Below the pieces are notes generated by a model that was given only the letters and a program-made list of their open reading frames with translations, did not search any database and was not told where the DNA came from. The position numbers were made by a program, and so were the translations under genes. Positions 9,880-24,426 of a DNA stretch of 64,000 bases are shown here, one piece after another (position 1 is the stretch's first letter; each line of letters begins with the position of its first letter). Source of the DNA: an uncultured Acidobacteriota bacterium. GTDB taxonomy: Bacteria; Acidobacteriota; Thermoanaerobaculia; UBA5066; Gp7-AA6. The stretch covers positions 272,741 to 336,740 of the forward strand of contig CAWHKQ010000004.1 of assembly GCA_963829925.1 (NCBI GenBank). The letters are read 5' to 3'.

Positions 9880-12069
9880 GTGACTCAACGTGCCGCCGCG
9901 GGTCTGGCGCTCCTGTGCCTCGCTCTGCCGGCTCTCTGCGAAGACACTCCCCCCCGCCCGAAGATCGGTCTCGCCCTGGGAGGCGGCGGGGCGCGCGGAA
10001 TGGCGCACATCGGTGTCATCCGGGAGCTCGAGGCGCTCCGCATTCCGATCGACTACATCGCCGGCACGAGCATGGGCTCGGTCGTCGGCGGCCTCTACGC
10101 CTGCGGCTACACGCCCGACGAAATGGAAACGCTGATCAAGACGATCCACTGGGAGACGCTCTTCCAGGACGCGCCCGACCGGCCGGAGCAGTCGTTCCGC
10201 CGCAAGGAGGACGACTTCGACCACCTCCTTCCGCTCGAGTTCGGCGTCGGTTGGAAGAAGGGGCTCGTCCTGCCGCCCGGGCTCATCGCGGGGAGCAAGC
10301 TCGGATTCGTTCTCCAGAGCGCGACATTGCCCTGTGCCTCGGTCGGCACGTTCGACGAGTTGCGCATCCCTTTTCGCGCGGTGGCGACCGACGTCCAGAC
10401 AGGCGACCCGATCATCCTTTAGAAGGGCAACCTGGCCCGAACCATCCGCGCCAGCATGGCGATCCCCGCGATCTTCTCCCCGGTGGAGCTCGACGGGCGC
10501 CTTCTGATCGACGGAGGGGAGTCGCAGAATCTGCCGGTGCAGACGGCGCGGGCCATGGGCGCCGACATCGTCATCGCCGTCAACGTCGGAGAGTCGGGCC
10601 AGACGCCGACGACGAAGCCCTCCACGGCCACCGCCATGATTGCGCGGCTGATCGATCTGCCCCTCCAGCAGAACACGGCGGTTTCGGCCAGGCTCGCCGA
10701 CCTGGTGATTACGCCGGACCTCCACGGCTACACCTCGGCGGACTTCGTGCGGGGCGAGGAGATGATCCCTCTCGGACAGAAGGCGGTCGCCGCCGATCGG
10801 TCGAAGCTCGAGGCCTGGTCCGCCACGGAAAGCGCCTACCAGACCTGGAAGATCCGGCACGACGCGACCCGCCCCCCGATTCCCGTCATCGACGCCGTGG
10901 TGATCGATCCGGTCCCGGGGATCGACCCGCGCCGCATCGATCGCCTCGTTCAGACGGAGCCCGGCCGACCCCTGGACACGGACGTGCTCGGGGAGGACCT
11001 CAAGCGCATCTATGCCCTGGGGATCTTCGAGATCGTCAGCTACGCGATCGTCGAGGAAGGCGGCCGTCACATCCTTCGGATCACGGCGACTCCCAAGTCG
11101 TGGGGACCGACCTACCTGCGCCTCGGGCTGGCGCTCGGCACCGACTTCGACGTGACCACGACCTTCGGAGTGGTCGGCCTCCTCGACGCCACCGAGCTGA
11201 ACCGGCTCGGGGGCGAGTGGAAAACCACGTTTACGCTCGGCAGCCCCCTGGAGATTCGGACCCGGTTCTTTCAGCCGCTCGAGTACTCCGGCCGCCTCTT
11301 CGTGTCGCCCTACGCCTACTGGCGGCAGCAGCCGGTCGAGGTCTTCGTCGACGACGACGCGGTCGGCACCTACCGGGTGGAGCGCGGCGTGTTCGGGCTC
11401 GACCTGGGATACGACTTCGGGACGTGGGGAGAGCTGCGCGTCGGGGTCCACCGCGGGTTCGGCAGCGGCCGGCGCCGCGTCGGCAATCCGATCTTCCCGG
11501 AAATCGACTGGGACAACGGCGGCTTCTCGGTCAACATGGCCGTCGACCAGCTCGACAACGTCAACCTTCCGCGGTCCGGGTACCTCGCGGACGCGCAGCT
11601 CGTGGTCGAGCGCACGGGCCTTGGCGCGACGTTTTCCTACGACCGGTTCGAGGCCGGCGTCCTGGGAGTTCAGACGATCGGCCGGTGGTCCGGGCTGGTC
11701 ACGATCCAGGGCGGCGACGCGCTGGGAACGACGATCCCGTTCTACGACGAGTTTCAGCTCGGCGGCCGATTCCGGCTCTCCGGCCGCCCGCAGGGCCAGC
11801 TCACCGGCCAGACCTACGCGCTCTCGACGTTCCTGCTCTACTACCGCCTGACCGCGACCAGCGGGGCGATCGTCAAGAATCTCTACGTTGGCACGTCGGC
11901 GGAAGCCGGCAACGCGTGGCCGGACCACGCCAGCGTGTCGTTCTCGGGCATGAAGACGGCGGGAGGCTTCTACGTCATCGCCGACACGATCCTTGGCCCC
12001 TTCTTCGTGGGTTACGGACGCTCCGGCAGCAATAGCAACTTCTATCTGACGCTCAACACGTCGTTCTGA
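9880..12069 (+). CDS. Patatin-like phospholipase fused to POTRA/Omp85 beta-barrel (PlpD-like, type Vd secretion architecture), interrupted by an in-frame TAG at 10420-10422
   Basis: GTG at 9880 followed by a signal peptide. Patatin motifs GGGGARG and GTSMGS, plus the catalytic DGG in ...[11 protein letters not shown]. The C-terminal surface-antigen barrel ends in ...FYLTLNTSF. ORFs 9721..10422 and 10456..12069 are in the same frame. Confidence 0.8.
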
Positions 12070-12330
12070 CTGCGTGAAGGCCGTCGTTCCGAAGTACGAG
12101 GTTCTTACGGCGTGAAGTTCCAGCGGGCCTGAGGCGGCGGTCTCCTTCGCCCCAAGCGCTCTTCACATTCCCTTCCAGCGCAGCTGGAACCAGGGCGTCG
12201 GACCAGACGAGGAAGAGCTGGTTGCTGGGCGCCGGTTAGCGGACACTCCGAATCGAATTCGACGAGGAGGGAGCCGCGGGCCGGCCCCGCCGTCTCTTCG
12301 ACGTCGGGTAAAGCGGTTCGCGGAGCTGGG

Positions 12331-13035
12331 TTGCTTACACCGGATGCAACGGATACGTTCTTCAGCGGAAAGATCGCGTCTACGCGGCCGCGAGCGCCGA
12401 GGCCCACCGGCGGCAAGGGGGCGGGCATCACCGCGGTCGTCAAGCCCAAGGGCGTTCGGATCGACCTCAAGGCGGCTCGAAAAATAGCGGAGGATGACGT
12501 GAAGGCAGACAAGAAGGAACACCTGAAGGAGAAGGCGGCCGAGGAGCTCAAGCTTTTCCTGCTGATCTCCGCCTACCTCTTCGTCTTCTTCGGCGCCTTC
12601 CTGGCGTACCGGAGGTTGATCTCGCACGAGCTCGGGGCGAGCTACTTCCGGTACGGATTCGCGCTGATCGAGGCGCTGGTCATCGGGAAGGTGATCCTCA
12701 TCGGCAAGGCGATAGGGCTCGGGAAGCGCGTCGCCGGGCGGCCGCTGATCTTCTCGGTGCTGCGGTCGTCGGTCGCCTACGGCGCCCTCGTCGCGGCTTT
12801 CGCCGTTCTCGAGCACGTCGTCGAAGGTCTCGTCCACGGAAAGACGCTCGCCGCGAGCTTCGCCGAATTTGCGAGCCAGGGCGCCGACGAGATCCTGGGG
12901 CGGACGTTGATCATGTTCCTCGCGTTCCTGCCGCTCTTCGCGTTCTGGGAAGTCGCCCGCCTGGCGGGCGGGCATCGCCTGTTCCAGCTTTTCTTCCGCG
13001 GCGCGGCCGAGTCGGACTCGGCGATCGGGGGGTGA
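12331..13035 (+). CDS. Hypothetical integral membrane protein (start uncertain; alternative GTG at 12499 preceded by GGAGG)
   Basis: Intact ORF with a Lys/Glu-rich N-terminal region and about 4 predicted TM helices (LFLLISAYLFVFFGAFLAY, FALIEALVIGKVILIG, ...). No family recognised. Confidence 0.5.
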   Translation: MLTPDATDTFFSGKIASTRPRAPRPTGGKGAGITAVVKPKGVRIDLKAARKIAEDDVKADKKEHLKEKAAEELKLFLLISAYLFVFFGAFLAYRRLISHELGASYFRYGFALIEALVIGKVILIGKAIGLGKRVAGRPLIFSVLRSSVAYGALVAAFAVLEHVVEGLVHGKTLAASFAEFASQGADEILGRTLIMFLAFLPLFAFWEVARLAGGHRLFQLFFRGAAESDSAIGG

Positions 13036-13271
13036 TGCGACCTTCCAGCGAACAGGCGTTCCGCTCCGTTTCACCATGAGAGCCCCGGGAGCGTTGTGGC
13101 GGGCCTCGTTAGCAACGCGGAGCCGAAGTCGCCGGAAAAACGACGCGCTCGTTCGTGACGGTCTCGAAGCCGGGAGAGGGGCTCCGGCTGAGAGCAGGCC
13201 GGGCCCGCCTGAAGTTCGGGATCCCTGGCTGCGCTCAGGACGGCCGGCCTCGACGGGATGCGGCGAAAGCT

Positions 13272-14654
13272 TCAGAGTCGGTTGATGCCGTCGAGGCCGG
13301 CCACCTTGTACGCCTCCGCCATCGTCGGATAGTTGAAGACGGCGTCGCGGAAGTAGTCGATGGTCCCTCCGAACGCGAGCACGGCCTGCCCGATGTGGAT
13401 GATCTCCGTCGCGCGGTCACCGAAGATGTGGACGCCGAGAAGCTTGCGTGTCTTCGGGTCGAAGAGGAGCTTGAGCAGCCCCGCGTCGACGCCGAGCATC
13501 TGGCCCTTGGCGAGCTCCTCGAACTTGGACAGGCCGATCTCGTAAGGAACCTTCGCCGCGGTCAGCTCCTGCTCGGTCTTCCCGACCATCGAAATCTCGG
13601 GGATCGTGTAGATGCCGTAGGGCATCGCATGCCGCGAATCGCAGTAGGTGCCGAACATGTGGCAGCTCGCGAGGCGTCCCTGCTCCATGGACGTCGAGGC
13701 GAGCGCCGGGAAACCGATCACGTCGCCCGCCGCGTAGATGTGCGGGACGGCCGTCTGGAAGAACTCGTTGACTGCGATGCGCCCGCGGTCGTCGGCCGCA
13801 AGCCCCGCGGCCGGCAAGTCGAGCAGGTCGGCGTTGGTCTGCCGGCCGACGGTGTAGAGCAGCGCGTCGCCGTGCACAGCCTTCCCGCTCTCGAGGCTCG
13901 CCACGACGCGTTGCTTTTCGTCGTACCCGACCGAGACGACCTTTTCTCCCAGGCGGAAGGTCGCGCCGCGCTGGCGCATGAAGTACATCAGCGCTTCGAT
14001 CGTTTCGCGGTCCACGAAGTCGAGGACGCTCGGGCGCGCCTCGATCACCGTGACCTTGATGTTCAAGGCGGTCACCATCGACGCGTACTCGAGCCCGATG
14101 ACTCCGGCTCCGACGACGATCAGGTCTCGCGGCAACGTGTCGCCCTTGAGAAGCTGGTCCGAGTCGATGATTCGTTTTCCGTCGAGCGTCACGGTCGGCG
14201 AGTGCGCCGGCCGCGTGCCGCAGGCGATCAGGATGCGCCCGGCGGTCAACCGGACGGTCCCGTCGGCGCCGAGAACCTCGAGTGTCGTCGGGTCGACGAA
14301 GCGGGCGGAGCCCGCGATGATGGTGACGCGGTTGCGCGCGAGCTGCGCGCGGATGATCTCGAGCTCCCTCTCGACGACCTTCTTGACGCGAAAAGCCAGG
14401 TCGGGGACGGTGATCTGGCGATTGACGGCGTAGTCCTGGCCGTAGAAGGTCCGCTCCTGAAAGCCCGTGAGATAGAGGATCGCCTCCCGCAGGGTCTTCG
14501 AGGGGATCGTGCCGGTGTGGAGGCAGACGCCCCCGATCATCTCCCTGCGGTCGATGACGGCGACCTTCTTGCCGAGCTTGGCCGCGGCGATCGCCCCCTT
14601 CTGGCCGGCCGGACCGGTGCCGATGACGAGGAGATCGTAGGCGGTGGCGGACAT
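13272..14654 (-). CDS. sthA: Soluble pyridine nucleotide transhydrogenase (Si-specific NAD(P)+ transhydrogenase)
   Basis: Intact 460 aa. Has the FAD motif LLVIGTGPAGQKGA and GGVCLHTGTIPSKTLREA, a second dinucleotide fold LIVVGAGVIGLEYA, and a dimerisation domain ending ...YPTMAEAYKVA. Confidence 0.9.
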   Translation of the reverse strand: MSATAYDLLVIGTGPAGQKGAIAAAKLGKKVAVIDRREMIGGVCLHTGTIPSKTLREAILYLTGFQERTFYGQDYAVNRQITVPDLAFRVKKVVERELEIIRAQLARNRVTIIAGSARFVDPTTLEVLGADGTVRLTAGRILIACGTRPAHSPTVTLDGKRIIDSDQLLKGDTLPRDLIVVGAGVIGLEYASMVTALNIKVTVIEARPSVLDFVDRETIEALMYFMRQRGATFRLGEKVVSVGYDEKQRVVASLESGKAVHGDALLYTVGRQTNADLLDLPAAGLAADDRGRIAVNEFFQTAVPHIYAAGDVIGFPALASTSMEQGRLASCHMFGTYCDSRHAMPYGIYTIPEISMVGKTEQELTAAKVPYEIGLSKFEELAKGQMLGVDAGLLKLLFDPKTRKLLGVHIFGDRATEIIHIGQAVLAFGGTIDYFRDAVFNYPTMAEAYKVAGLDGINRL

Positions 14655-14665
14655 GAGTCAGCTCC

Positions 14666-17600
14666 TCATCGCGTGTTTTCGGAGACGGCCACAGCCGCGG
14701 GGACCCACACCGTCTCTCCCGTGGCCACGAAGAATAACCCCGCCCGCGTGGGCCGGCCGGTGAGCTTCTCCCAGTAGCGGGAGTAGAGAGCGACCTGGGG
14801 AGCGTAGAAGCGGACGAGAGAATCGCGATTCTCTCCGACGGCGTCCGACTTGTAGTCCACCAGCACCCAGCCGTCCTCCTCTTCGAAGAGCAGGTCGATC
14901 GCGCCCTGGAGGAGGGTCGGCCCGGGGCCGCCCGCCAGACCGACCTCTTCGGGGTCGACGCGAAGCGCGAACGGCACCTCGACCAGCCGCCGCTTCGCGG
15001 CTCGCGCCCGCGCCCAGAGCGGGGAGGCCCGGACGCCTTCGACCACGCGCAGGACCTCTTCGAGGTCCCCGGCCGGGCGTTCCTCTTCGGCGAGGACGTT
15101 CGCGGCGAAAGGCGGCAGATCGAGCGTGTCGTCGCGCATCGCCGCCTCGAGCACGGCGTGGAGGACACGCCCCCACGACATGCCGCGGCCGGTGCGCTCC
15201 CAGGCCGGCTTCTCGGCGGCGTGCACGATGTCCGTGACGGGCACGACGCGATAGGTCGGGTCCCGAACGGCGTCCCCGCGGGAAGCGCGGCGGGCCCGTG
15301 CCGCCTCGAGGGTCTCCCGCGCGGGACGGGGCGGCGCGGCCGCGCTCCCGGGAGCGGGAGCGGGGAGAGCGAGATCGGCCGTGAGGAACGGATCGAGGGC
15401 CGCCCACGGCCCGCCCGCCTTCCGGGCGGCGTTGCGCTTCACGCTGACGACGAGCAATTCCGCCGCCCGTGTCGCTCCCACGTACAGCAGGCGGATCCTC
15501 TCCGCGTTCTCGAACTCCTCTTCGATCCGGCACATCGTTTCCCAGTCGCGCGGCAGCGCGATGTCGATCTCGCCCCACGGACCCGCTTTCTGCGACACGC
15601 GGAAGTGTCCCGCGGGGGGATTGCGCTCCCGGTCGATCCAGTAGTCACGCCCGGAGGGTCCGTCCCCGGTCGGATCCGCCAGGAAGACGACCTTCGCCTC
15701 GAGCCCCTTCGCGCCGTGGAGCGTCATCAGCCGGACGACGCCCGGCCGTCCGGGCTCGAGACTCATCTGCTCGATGAGGTCCTCTTCGCGCATCCGGGAC
15801 AGCTCGCGGACGACGCCGGGAAAGTCGAGGCCTTCGGAGGAGAACTTGCGCGCGGCCGCCAGCGCCTTGAGGAGGTTGCCGGCGCGGCTCTCGCCCAGCT
15901 CCTCGGCCCCGGCCAGCGCCGTCAGCCCGAGCCTTCCGCAGAGACGCGCGATCGCCGCGGCGGGCGGGAGGGTCTCCACGAGCTCCGCGCCTTCCCGGAG
16001 GAGACCCACGGCCCGGGCGATCCGCGGATCCGCGCCGGCCGGAACCTCGGCCGTGAATCGGAACCGGCCGCCGGACCGAGTCCAGCGATAGAGCGCATCG
16101 TCGTCCACTCCGAAAACCGTGCCCCGCAGCGCGGCGACGAAAGACACGGGATCGTCCGGGTCGGCCAGCGACTGCAGCAGCGGGAGGAGCGCCCCGAGCT
16201 CCTCGGACTCGCCGAACGCGCCGCCGCCGGCGATCTCGAAGGGAACCCCGCGCTCTTCGAGGACGCGGGCGTAGGCCCCCATGTGTTTCCTCCGGCGGAA
16301 GAGGATGAGGAAGTCCCCGGCAGCGCGCCGGCCGGCGGCGACCTCGGAAGCGATGAACCGCCCGATCCTCTGGGCGTCGTCCCGGACGACCGGCTCGGCG
16401 CGGCTCCCCGTGGCCGGGATGTCGACGCGTACGGCCGCCGGCCGCACCCCTCCGTCGGCGCGGTCGGCGGCGAGAGGGACGTAGGCGGCCTGGGCGCGAG
16501 TGGGCGCGGGCGGGAAGAAATCCGGCCGCGAGAAGACGCCGTTCACCCAGTCGCACAGGGGCGCGGTCGAGCGGAAGTTGGTCGACAGCTCGAGGACGCG
16601 GCCGCCGCTCGCAGCGATCCGGTCCCGGACGATCTGGTAGGTCTCGATGTCGGCGCGGCGGAAGCGGTAGATGGATTGCTTCGGGTCTCCGACCACGAAC
16701 AGCGATCCGGGCGCGGGGGAGAGCTTTCTCCAGTCGGTCTCGGAGTCGTCCTCGCCGGCCAGGTAGAACAGGATCTCCGCCTGGATCGGATCGGTGTCCT
16801 GGAACTCGTCGACGAGAATGGGCGTGAAGCGGCGGCGCAGCGCCCGGCGCACGTCGGGCCGGTCGCGCAGCATGTCGCGCGCGCAGACCAGCAGGTCCTG
16901 GAAGTTCAGGCGGCCGTTCTGCCGCCGCCACTCCCGGTAGGCTTCTCGCGCGCCGACGAGAACCGGCATGACGATGGGGTGGACATGCTCGGCCCACTGC
17001 ACGAGCGCGGGCCGGACGACGTCCCGCTGCAGCTGCTCCATCGCCGTCTTGAGCGCCCGGGGCGCCTTCTCCCGCGCCTTGCTCGGCTTGAGAACCTGCA
17101 GCACCTGCACGAAGTCGGCGCTTCGCCTCAGGTCGAGCAGAGCGGAGAGCCGCACGGCGCGGCGCACGGCCTGCTCGAACGGCGTCCAGCCGTCGGGGCC
17201 CGCCTCGGGCCGCAGCTCGCGGACCGCCTTTTCGAGAAATGCCTCGACCTGGCGACGCGCATCCGAAAAGTCCGGCTCGGGCGTCTCCGGCCCGATGGCC
17301 GCTTCGACGTCGGAGTTTTCGCACAGCGCCTCGTAGGCCTTCTGGAGGTCGGAGAGGCGGATTCCCAGGGACGAGAGCCGCGGCACGACCGGAGCGTCGG
17401 CGACGAACAGGCGCTGGACGTAGAGCTCCCAGGCCGTGTCCCGGGCCACGTTGTTCTCGGGCTCGTCCATCTCCTGGAAGTCGGGATCCACTCCCGCCTC
17501 CACCGGCCTCTCGCGAAGCAGCCGTGCGCAGAACGCGTGGATCGTCCCGAGGAAGCTCGACTCGATGCCCCGCAGGGCCGCGTCGAGCCGCTCGCGACGC

Positions 17601-17872
17601 CCCGGATCGGGCTCCGATTCGCGCCGCTTTTCGAGCTCGTTCTGGAAGCGCTGCGAGAGCTGCGCCGCCGCGCGGATCGTGAACGTCACCGCCGACAGAT
17701 TCTCGATCCGGGCCGCGCCGGTCGCGACGAGGGCGACCATGCGCGCGACCAGACTCGTGGTCTTGCCCGTCCCCGCCGCCGCCTCGACGAGAATCGTGGT
17801 CCTCAGGTCGGAGACGATGGCCTGACGCGCTTCCGCGTCCGGGCGGGCGGCGTCCGGCTCAGAGGTCTTCAT
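14666..17872 (-). CDS. AddA/UvrD-like helicase with C-terminal PD-(D/E)XK nuclease
   Basis: Starts MKTSEPD. Walker A is EAAAGTGKTTSL, with further helicase motifs DEFQDTDPIQ, VGDPKQSIYRFRRAD and LMTLHGAKGLE. The nuclease motif is GAIDLLFEEEDGWVLVDYKSD. The frame is uninterrupted for the whole 3.2 kb; ORF 14666..18526 extends upstream only as an overlap artefact. Confidence 0.85.
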   Translation of the reverse strand: MKTSEPDAARPDAEARQAIVSDLRTTILVEAAAGTGKTTSLVARMVALVATGAARIENLSAVTFTIRAAAQLSQRFQNELEKRRESEPDPGRRERLDAALRGIESSFLGTIHAFCARLLRERPVEAGVDPDFQEMDEPENNVARDTAWELYVQRLFVADAPVVPRLSSLGIRLSDLQKAYEALCENSDVEAAIGPETPEPDFSDARRQVEAFLEKAVRELRPEAGPDGWTPFEQAVRRAVRLSALLDLRRSADFVQVLQVLKPSKAREKAPRALKTAMEQLQRDVVRPALVQWAEHVHPIVMPVLVGAREAYREWRRQNGRLNFQDLLVCARDMLRDRPDVRRALRRRFTPILVDEFQDTDPIQAEILFYLAGEDDSETDWRKLSPAPGSLFVVGDPKQSIYRFRRADIETYQIVRDRIAASGGRVLELSTNFRSTAPLCDWVNGVFSRPDFFPPAPTRAQAAYVPLAADRADGGVRPAAVRVDIPATGSRAEPVVRDDAQRIGRFIASEVAAGRRAAGDFLILFRRRKHMGAYARVLEERGVPFEIAGGGAFGESEELGALLPLLQSLADPDDPVSFVAALRGTVFGVDDDALYRWTRSGGRFRFTAEVPAGADPRIARAVGLLREGAELVETLPPAAAIARLCGRLGLTALAGAEELGESRAGNLLKALAAARKFSSEGLDFPGVVRELSRMREEDLIEQMSLEPGRPGVVRLMTLHGAKGLEAKVVFLADPTGDGPSGRDYWIDRERNPPAGHFRVSQKAGPWGEIDIALPRDWETMCRIEEEFENAERIRLLYVGATRAAELLVVSVKRNAARKAGGPWAALDPFLTADLALPAPAPGSAAAPPRPARETLEAARARRASRGDAVRDPTYRVVPVTDIVHAAEKPAWERTGRGMSWGRVLHAVLEAAMRDDTLDLPPFAANVLAEEERPAGDLEEVLRVVEGVRASPLWARARAAKRRLVEVPFALRVDPEEVGLAGGPGPTLLQGAIDLLFEEEDGWVLVDYKSDAVGENRDSLVRFYAPQVALYSRYWEKLTGRPTRAGLFFVATGETVWVPAAVAVSENTR

Positions 17873-20800
17873 CGTGCAGGGCGCGGAAGGCGGCGAGCGT
17901 CGGATCCGTCGTCCGGTCGAGCTTCTGCTTCGCGCACGCGCTCGCCTCTTTCGCGCCTCCGCAGATCGCCTCGAAGTGGCAGAACCTGCAGTCGTCCCCG
18001 GCGACGGCGTGGGGGAACATCCCGGCGGCGACGAGGTCGAAGAGGCGCGAAAGAGCGTGCCCGGGTCTCGGCCGGATCGATCCTGACCGCCACGCGCTGG
18101 CCCTCGCCCTTGCGTCCCGGGAAGAAGTAGCCCGACTGCGACACGCGCCCCGCGTGCCCCTGGCGGGCGAGCAGAGTATCGAACGCCATGGCGTAGAGGG
18201 CGGGCTGGGCCTGGCGCCCGCCGCGCAGCCCCTTTCCCTCGTGGATGCCCAGGGCGCTTCCCGTCTTGTAGTCCCACACGTGGAACGAGCCGTCGGGCGC
18301 TTCGTCGACGCGGTCGATCGAGCCGCGCAGAAAGAGACGGGCCTTTCCGCCGAGCGGGATCTCGACCGGCTCGGCGCTCGCGATCGCCGCCGCGCTCCCG
18401 GCCCGGGTCATCCCGAACGGCGACCTCGAACCACCGGGGCGTGACACCGAGGCAATGCTCGGACTCCGCGCGCAGGAAAGTGCGGCAGGCGATCAGCATG
18501 CCCTCTCTCTGGGCGCGGAACGCCACTTCGCTCGAAGGCGGGACCCTCTCCCGCCATTCGGCGATCTGCTCCTCCGACGATCTCCTCGAGCAAGGGCAGG
18601 TGGCGCTGCGCGTCGGGCTTCTCGCCGTCGGCCGTGATCCTTTCCAGGAACACGCGGAAGGTCTCGTGGAGCAGGGTGCCCTCGTCCTTCGGCTCGAGCC
18701 AGCGCGTCAGGTCGCGCTCGAGGTCGTCCGGGGGCTCGACGCGCAGCACGTGCTTGAGAAAGTACGAGAACGGGCAGTGCGCCAGAGTCTGGATCCGCGA
18801 GGCCGAGACCGGTTCGCCGGTGCGTCGCGGGTCGAGCTCGGGCGCCGGGCCCCGCAGCCGCCCGTCCCAGGGCGTGAAGTCATCGCTGGCGCGCGCCTCC
18901 GCGGCCGCGCGTCCGTCCTCGAGCCAGGGATAGGCCGCGTAGACCCGGGGCGCCGCGGCGCCGCCCGACGAGTCCGTCTTCGCGCACGCGCGACAGCCAC
19001 CACTCCGAGTCGTCGAGGGCCGCGGCGGAACCGGGCACGAAGCCCTCGGCGCGTTTCGAGGTCGTCGATCATGGCGCGATAGTCCGCGTCGGGGCGGCCG
19101 GAGACGACGCGGTAGAGGTCGAGGAAGAAGGGAGAGGGCGCCGGCTCGCCCGACTGCGAGAGGTTGCGCAGGTCGAACTTCGAGTAGCTCGCGGTCAGAG
19201 TCCCCTGCCAGACGCGCGACGCAGAGCTGGAGCGCCTGGGCCGCCTCTCGCGGCCGCTCTCTCTCGATCGCGAGAAGCGGCCTGGGCAGCGAGGCGTTGA
19301 TGCTCCGCCGTTCGTCGTCGAGAAGGACCGGATCCTCGAGGTCCCTCCCGGATGGCGGGCGTCGTCGAGGCCCGCCAGGAAGGTGTGCCGGCGGCCGGAA
19401 AATCCGCCCGACGCGTAGAACGCGACATGGACCCGGCCCGGGCGGGGCGCGGTCGGGCGCGACCGAGAGCTCGAAGACGGCGTCGCGGAGGCGGTCGATC
19501 GCCTCGCCGAACGGCACCGCGGCCGCGGGCAGGTCGGCGATCTCGTCGAAGAGCGTCTCGAGCGCCGTGATGGCGGCGCCGTCGAGATCGCCGGCGAGGC
19601 GTCCGAACTCGGACACGAAATGCCCGCGCTGCCCCGGGCGAGCTCGCGCAGCGAATCGCTCGACTGCTCCGGGTCCGGCGCCATCTCGAGAGCGCGTTGA
19701 CGCGAACTGGCGCGCCCGGCGGGCCGCGGCTGCAGCCGGCGTGCGCCGCCGCTCCGCGCGCTCGGGCGAGGTCCGTCCTCGGTCGCGTCCTCGTCCCGGC
19801 GCGAGACCCGCTCGGGCCTCTCGAGGTCGCGGATGCGGCGGTCGAGCGCCGTGAGGTGGCGTCGCCGCGCCCCAGCCGATCCGCGCTTCGCGCAAAGCGC
19901 GCGCCACCGCGAGCGCTCCCGGCGGCTCGCCCTCGCCGGCCGGCAGGTCGCGGAGAGTCAATGCCCGCGACGCCAGGGCCTCCCGCAGGCGCTCGGCCGC
20001 GAATCCGTCGGCGATCCAGTCGAGGAACGCCAGCGCGGCCTGGCCGGGACGGCTGTAGGTCACCGCGACGCCGCCGGCGAACGTGCAGGGGATCCTCGTG
20101 CTCGCGCGCGAGCTCCCAGACGAGCGCGGGATAGATCGACGCGTCGGTGTGCAGGATCTCGACGTCGTCGAACGGGATCCCCTCCTCCAGAATGCGGCGG
20201 AACGCCGACCGGATCTCGTTCTCCTCTCCGATGGCGCGCAGCAGGCGCGCCCCTTGCGCCCGCGCTCTCGACCCGTCGGGGGCGTGAACCGTCAGGATGC
20301 GCAGGCTCCCGGCGGCGAGACCTTCCAGGAAACCGCGCTCGAGCGGGGACAGGTCGCGTCTTCGGGAAGGAGGTACAGGCCCGGGCACGGAGGCGGCGGG
20401 CGGTCTTCTCCGCGGCCCGGCGCAGGACGTCGAGCGGAGTCCACGTACGGCCCCTTCGCCAGCGCCGCCGCGTAGCGGACGAGAATGGCGCGGAGCTCCC
20501 GGAGCTTGCGCGGTCGGCGAAGGCCGAGGCGGGAATCGCCTCCGGGGCGATGCCGGCCGCGCGGATCTCCTCGAGCGTGCGCTGGAGCGCCCGGTGGAGG
20601 CCCGGGCCGTTCGCGCAGGGCGCCAAAATAGGAGCTCGGCTTCAGGGCCTCGGCGCAGGCCTGCTCGACGAGAGCCAGCGCCTGGGCGCGCGAGAGGAGC
20701 CTGCCGGCCTTCCCGCGCGAGGTCCGGGCCCACGAGGCGAAGCGCGAGCGTGCGAACCGTCTCGACGCGCAGGTTGACCCAGGGATGCCCTTCGCGGGCG

Positions 20801-20991
20801 AGCCGCTCGACGAGCTGGTGGCCGACCGCGAGCGAGGGCGCGACGAAAATCTTCTCGTCGAGCGGATGCTCGGCGCAGACGCGGGCGAGCTCCGCGATCA
20901 GACCGCGGGGCCGGCGGCGGCGCGGCAGGCTTCGCGCGGCTCGTCGAACGGAAGATAAGGTGTTCGGTTCTCCGGCCATGGCCGCTGCCAT
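17859..20991 (-). CDS. AddB-like PD-(D/E)XK nuclease subunit, at least 8 frame breaks
   Basis: N-terminus is MAAAMAGEPNTL...DEKIFVAPSLAVGHQLVERLAREGHPWVNLRVETVRTLAL. The nuclease core is GSIDRVDEAPDGSFHVWDYKTG. The Cys-rich tail DDCRFCHFEAICGG was read by me in a third frame. The stop overlaps the AddA start by 14 nt. Confidence 0.7.
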
Positions 20992-21048
20992 TCTTACGCA
21001 GGACGCGGACAAACGAAGTCCGTTCGTTTCGAGTAGACTGCGGCTCGG

Positions 21049-21176
21049 TACACGGGGGAGTAGACTTCGGCGAACCGGGGAGCCGATCCGCCCCGGCGGA
21101 CGGCTGAGAGTCCGGCGCGAGGTCGGCGCCGGAGACCCCGCGAACCTGATGCGGGTAATGCCGCCGTAGGGAGGAT
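21049..21176 (+). promoter_or_regulatory. TPP (THI-box) riboswitch in the thiC leader
   Basis: Conserved elements are visible: CACGGGGGAG...GGCTGAGAG...ACCCCGCGAACCTGATGCGGGTAATGCCGCCGTAGGGAGGA. These parallel the thiM/thiC consensus GGGGUGC..CUGAGA..ACCUGAU..GGAUAAUGCC.GCGUAGGGA. The 3' arm overlaps the GGGAGGA ribosome-binding site 5 nt before the ATG at 21180. Confidence 0.85.
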
Positions 21177-21179
21177 CGA

Positions 21180-24338
<3,159 letters not shown>

Positions 24339-24426
24339 CTCCTCCGATCCGACGTGGTTGCATCCATCGCGATCGGGAGTCTAGATTAACCGGCTCGGAC
24401 TTGCTCGCGATACCCAAGGAGGACCC

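Noticed and set aside
10420-10422. The in-frame TAG as a pyrrolysine or other recoded codon.
   Set aside because: There is no pyl gene or any other recoding context in the window. TAG is used as a normal stop elsewhere, for example at 47482-47484 and 55457-55459. A nonsense mutation or a base error is simpler.
12070-12330. A 260-nt gap after the patatin gene, containing a small hairpin TTCCAGC-gca-GCTGGAA, considered as a possible ncRNA or riboswitch.
   Set aside because: I could not match it to any known riboswitch or RNA consensus. The downstream ORF start is itself uncertain (TTG at 12331 versus GTG at 12499), so the gap may simply be a 5' leader or promoter.
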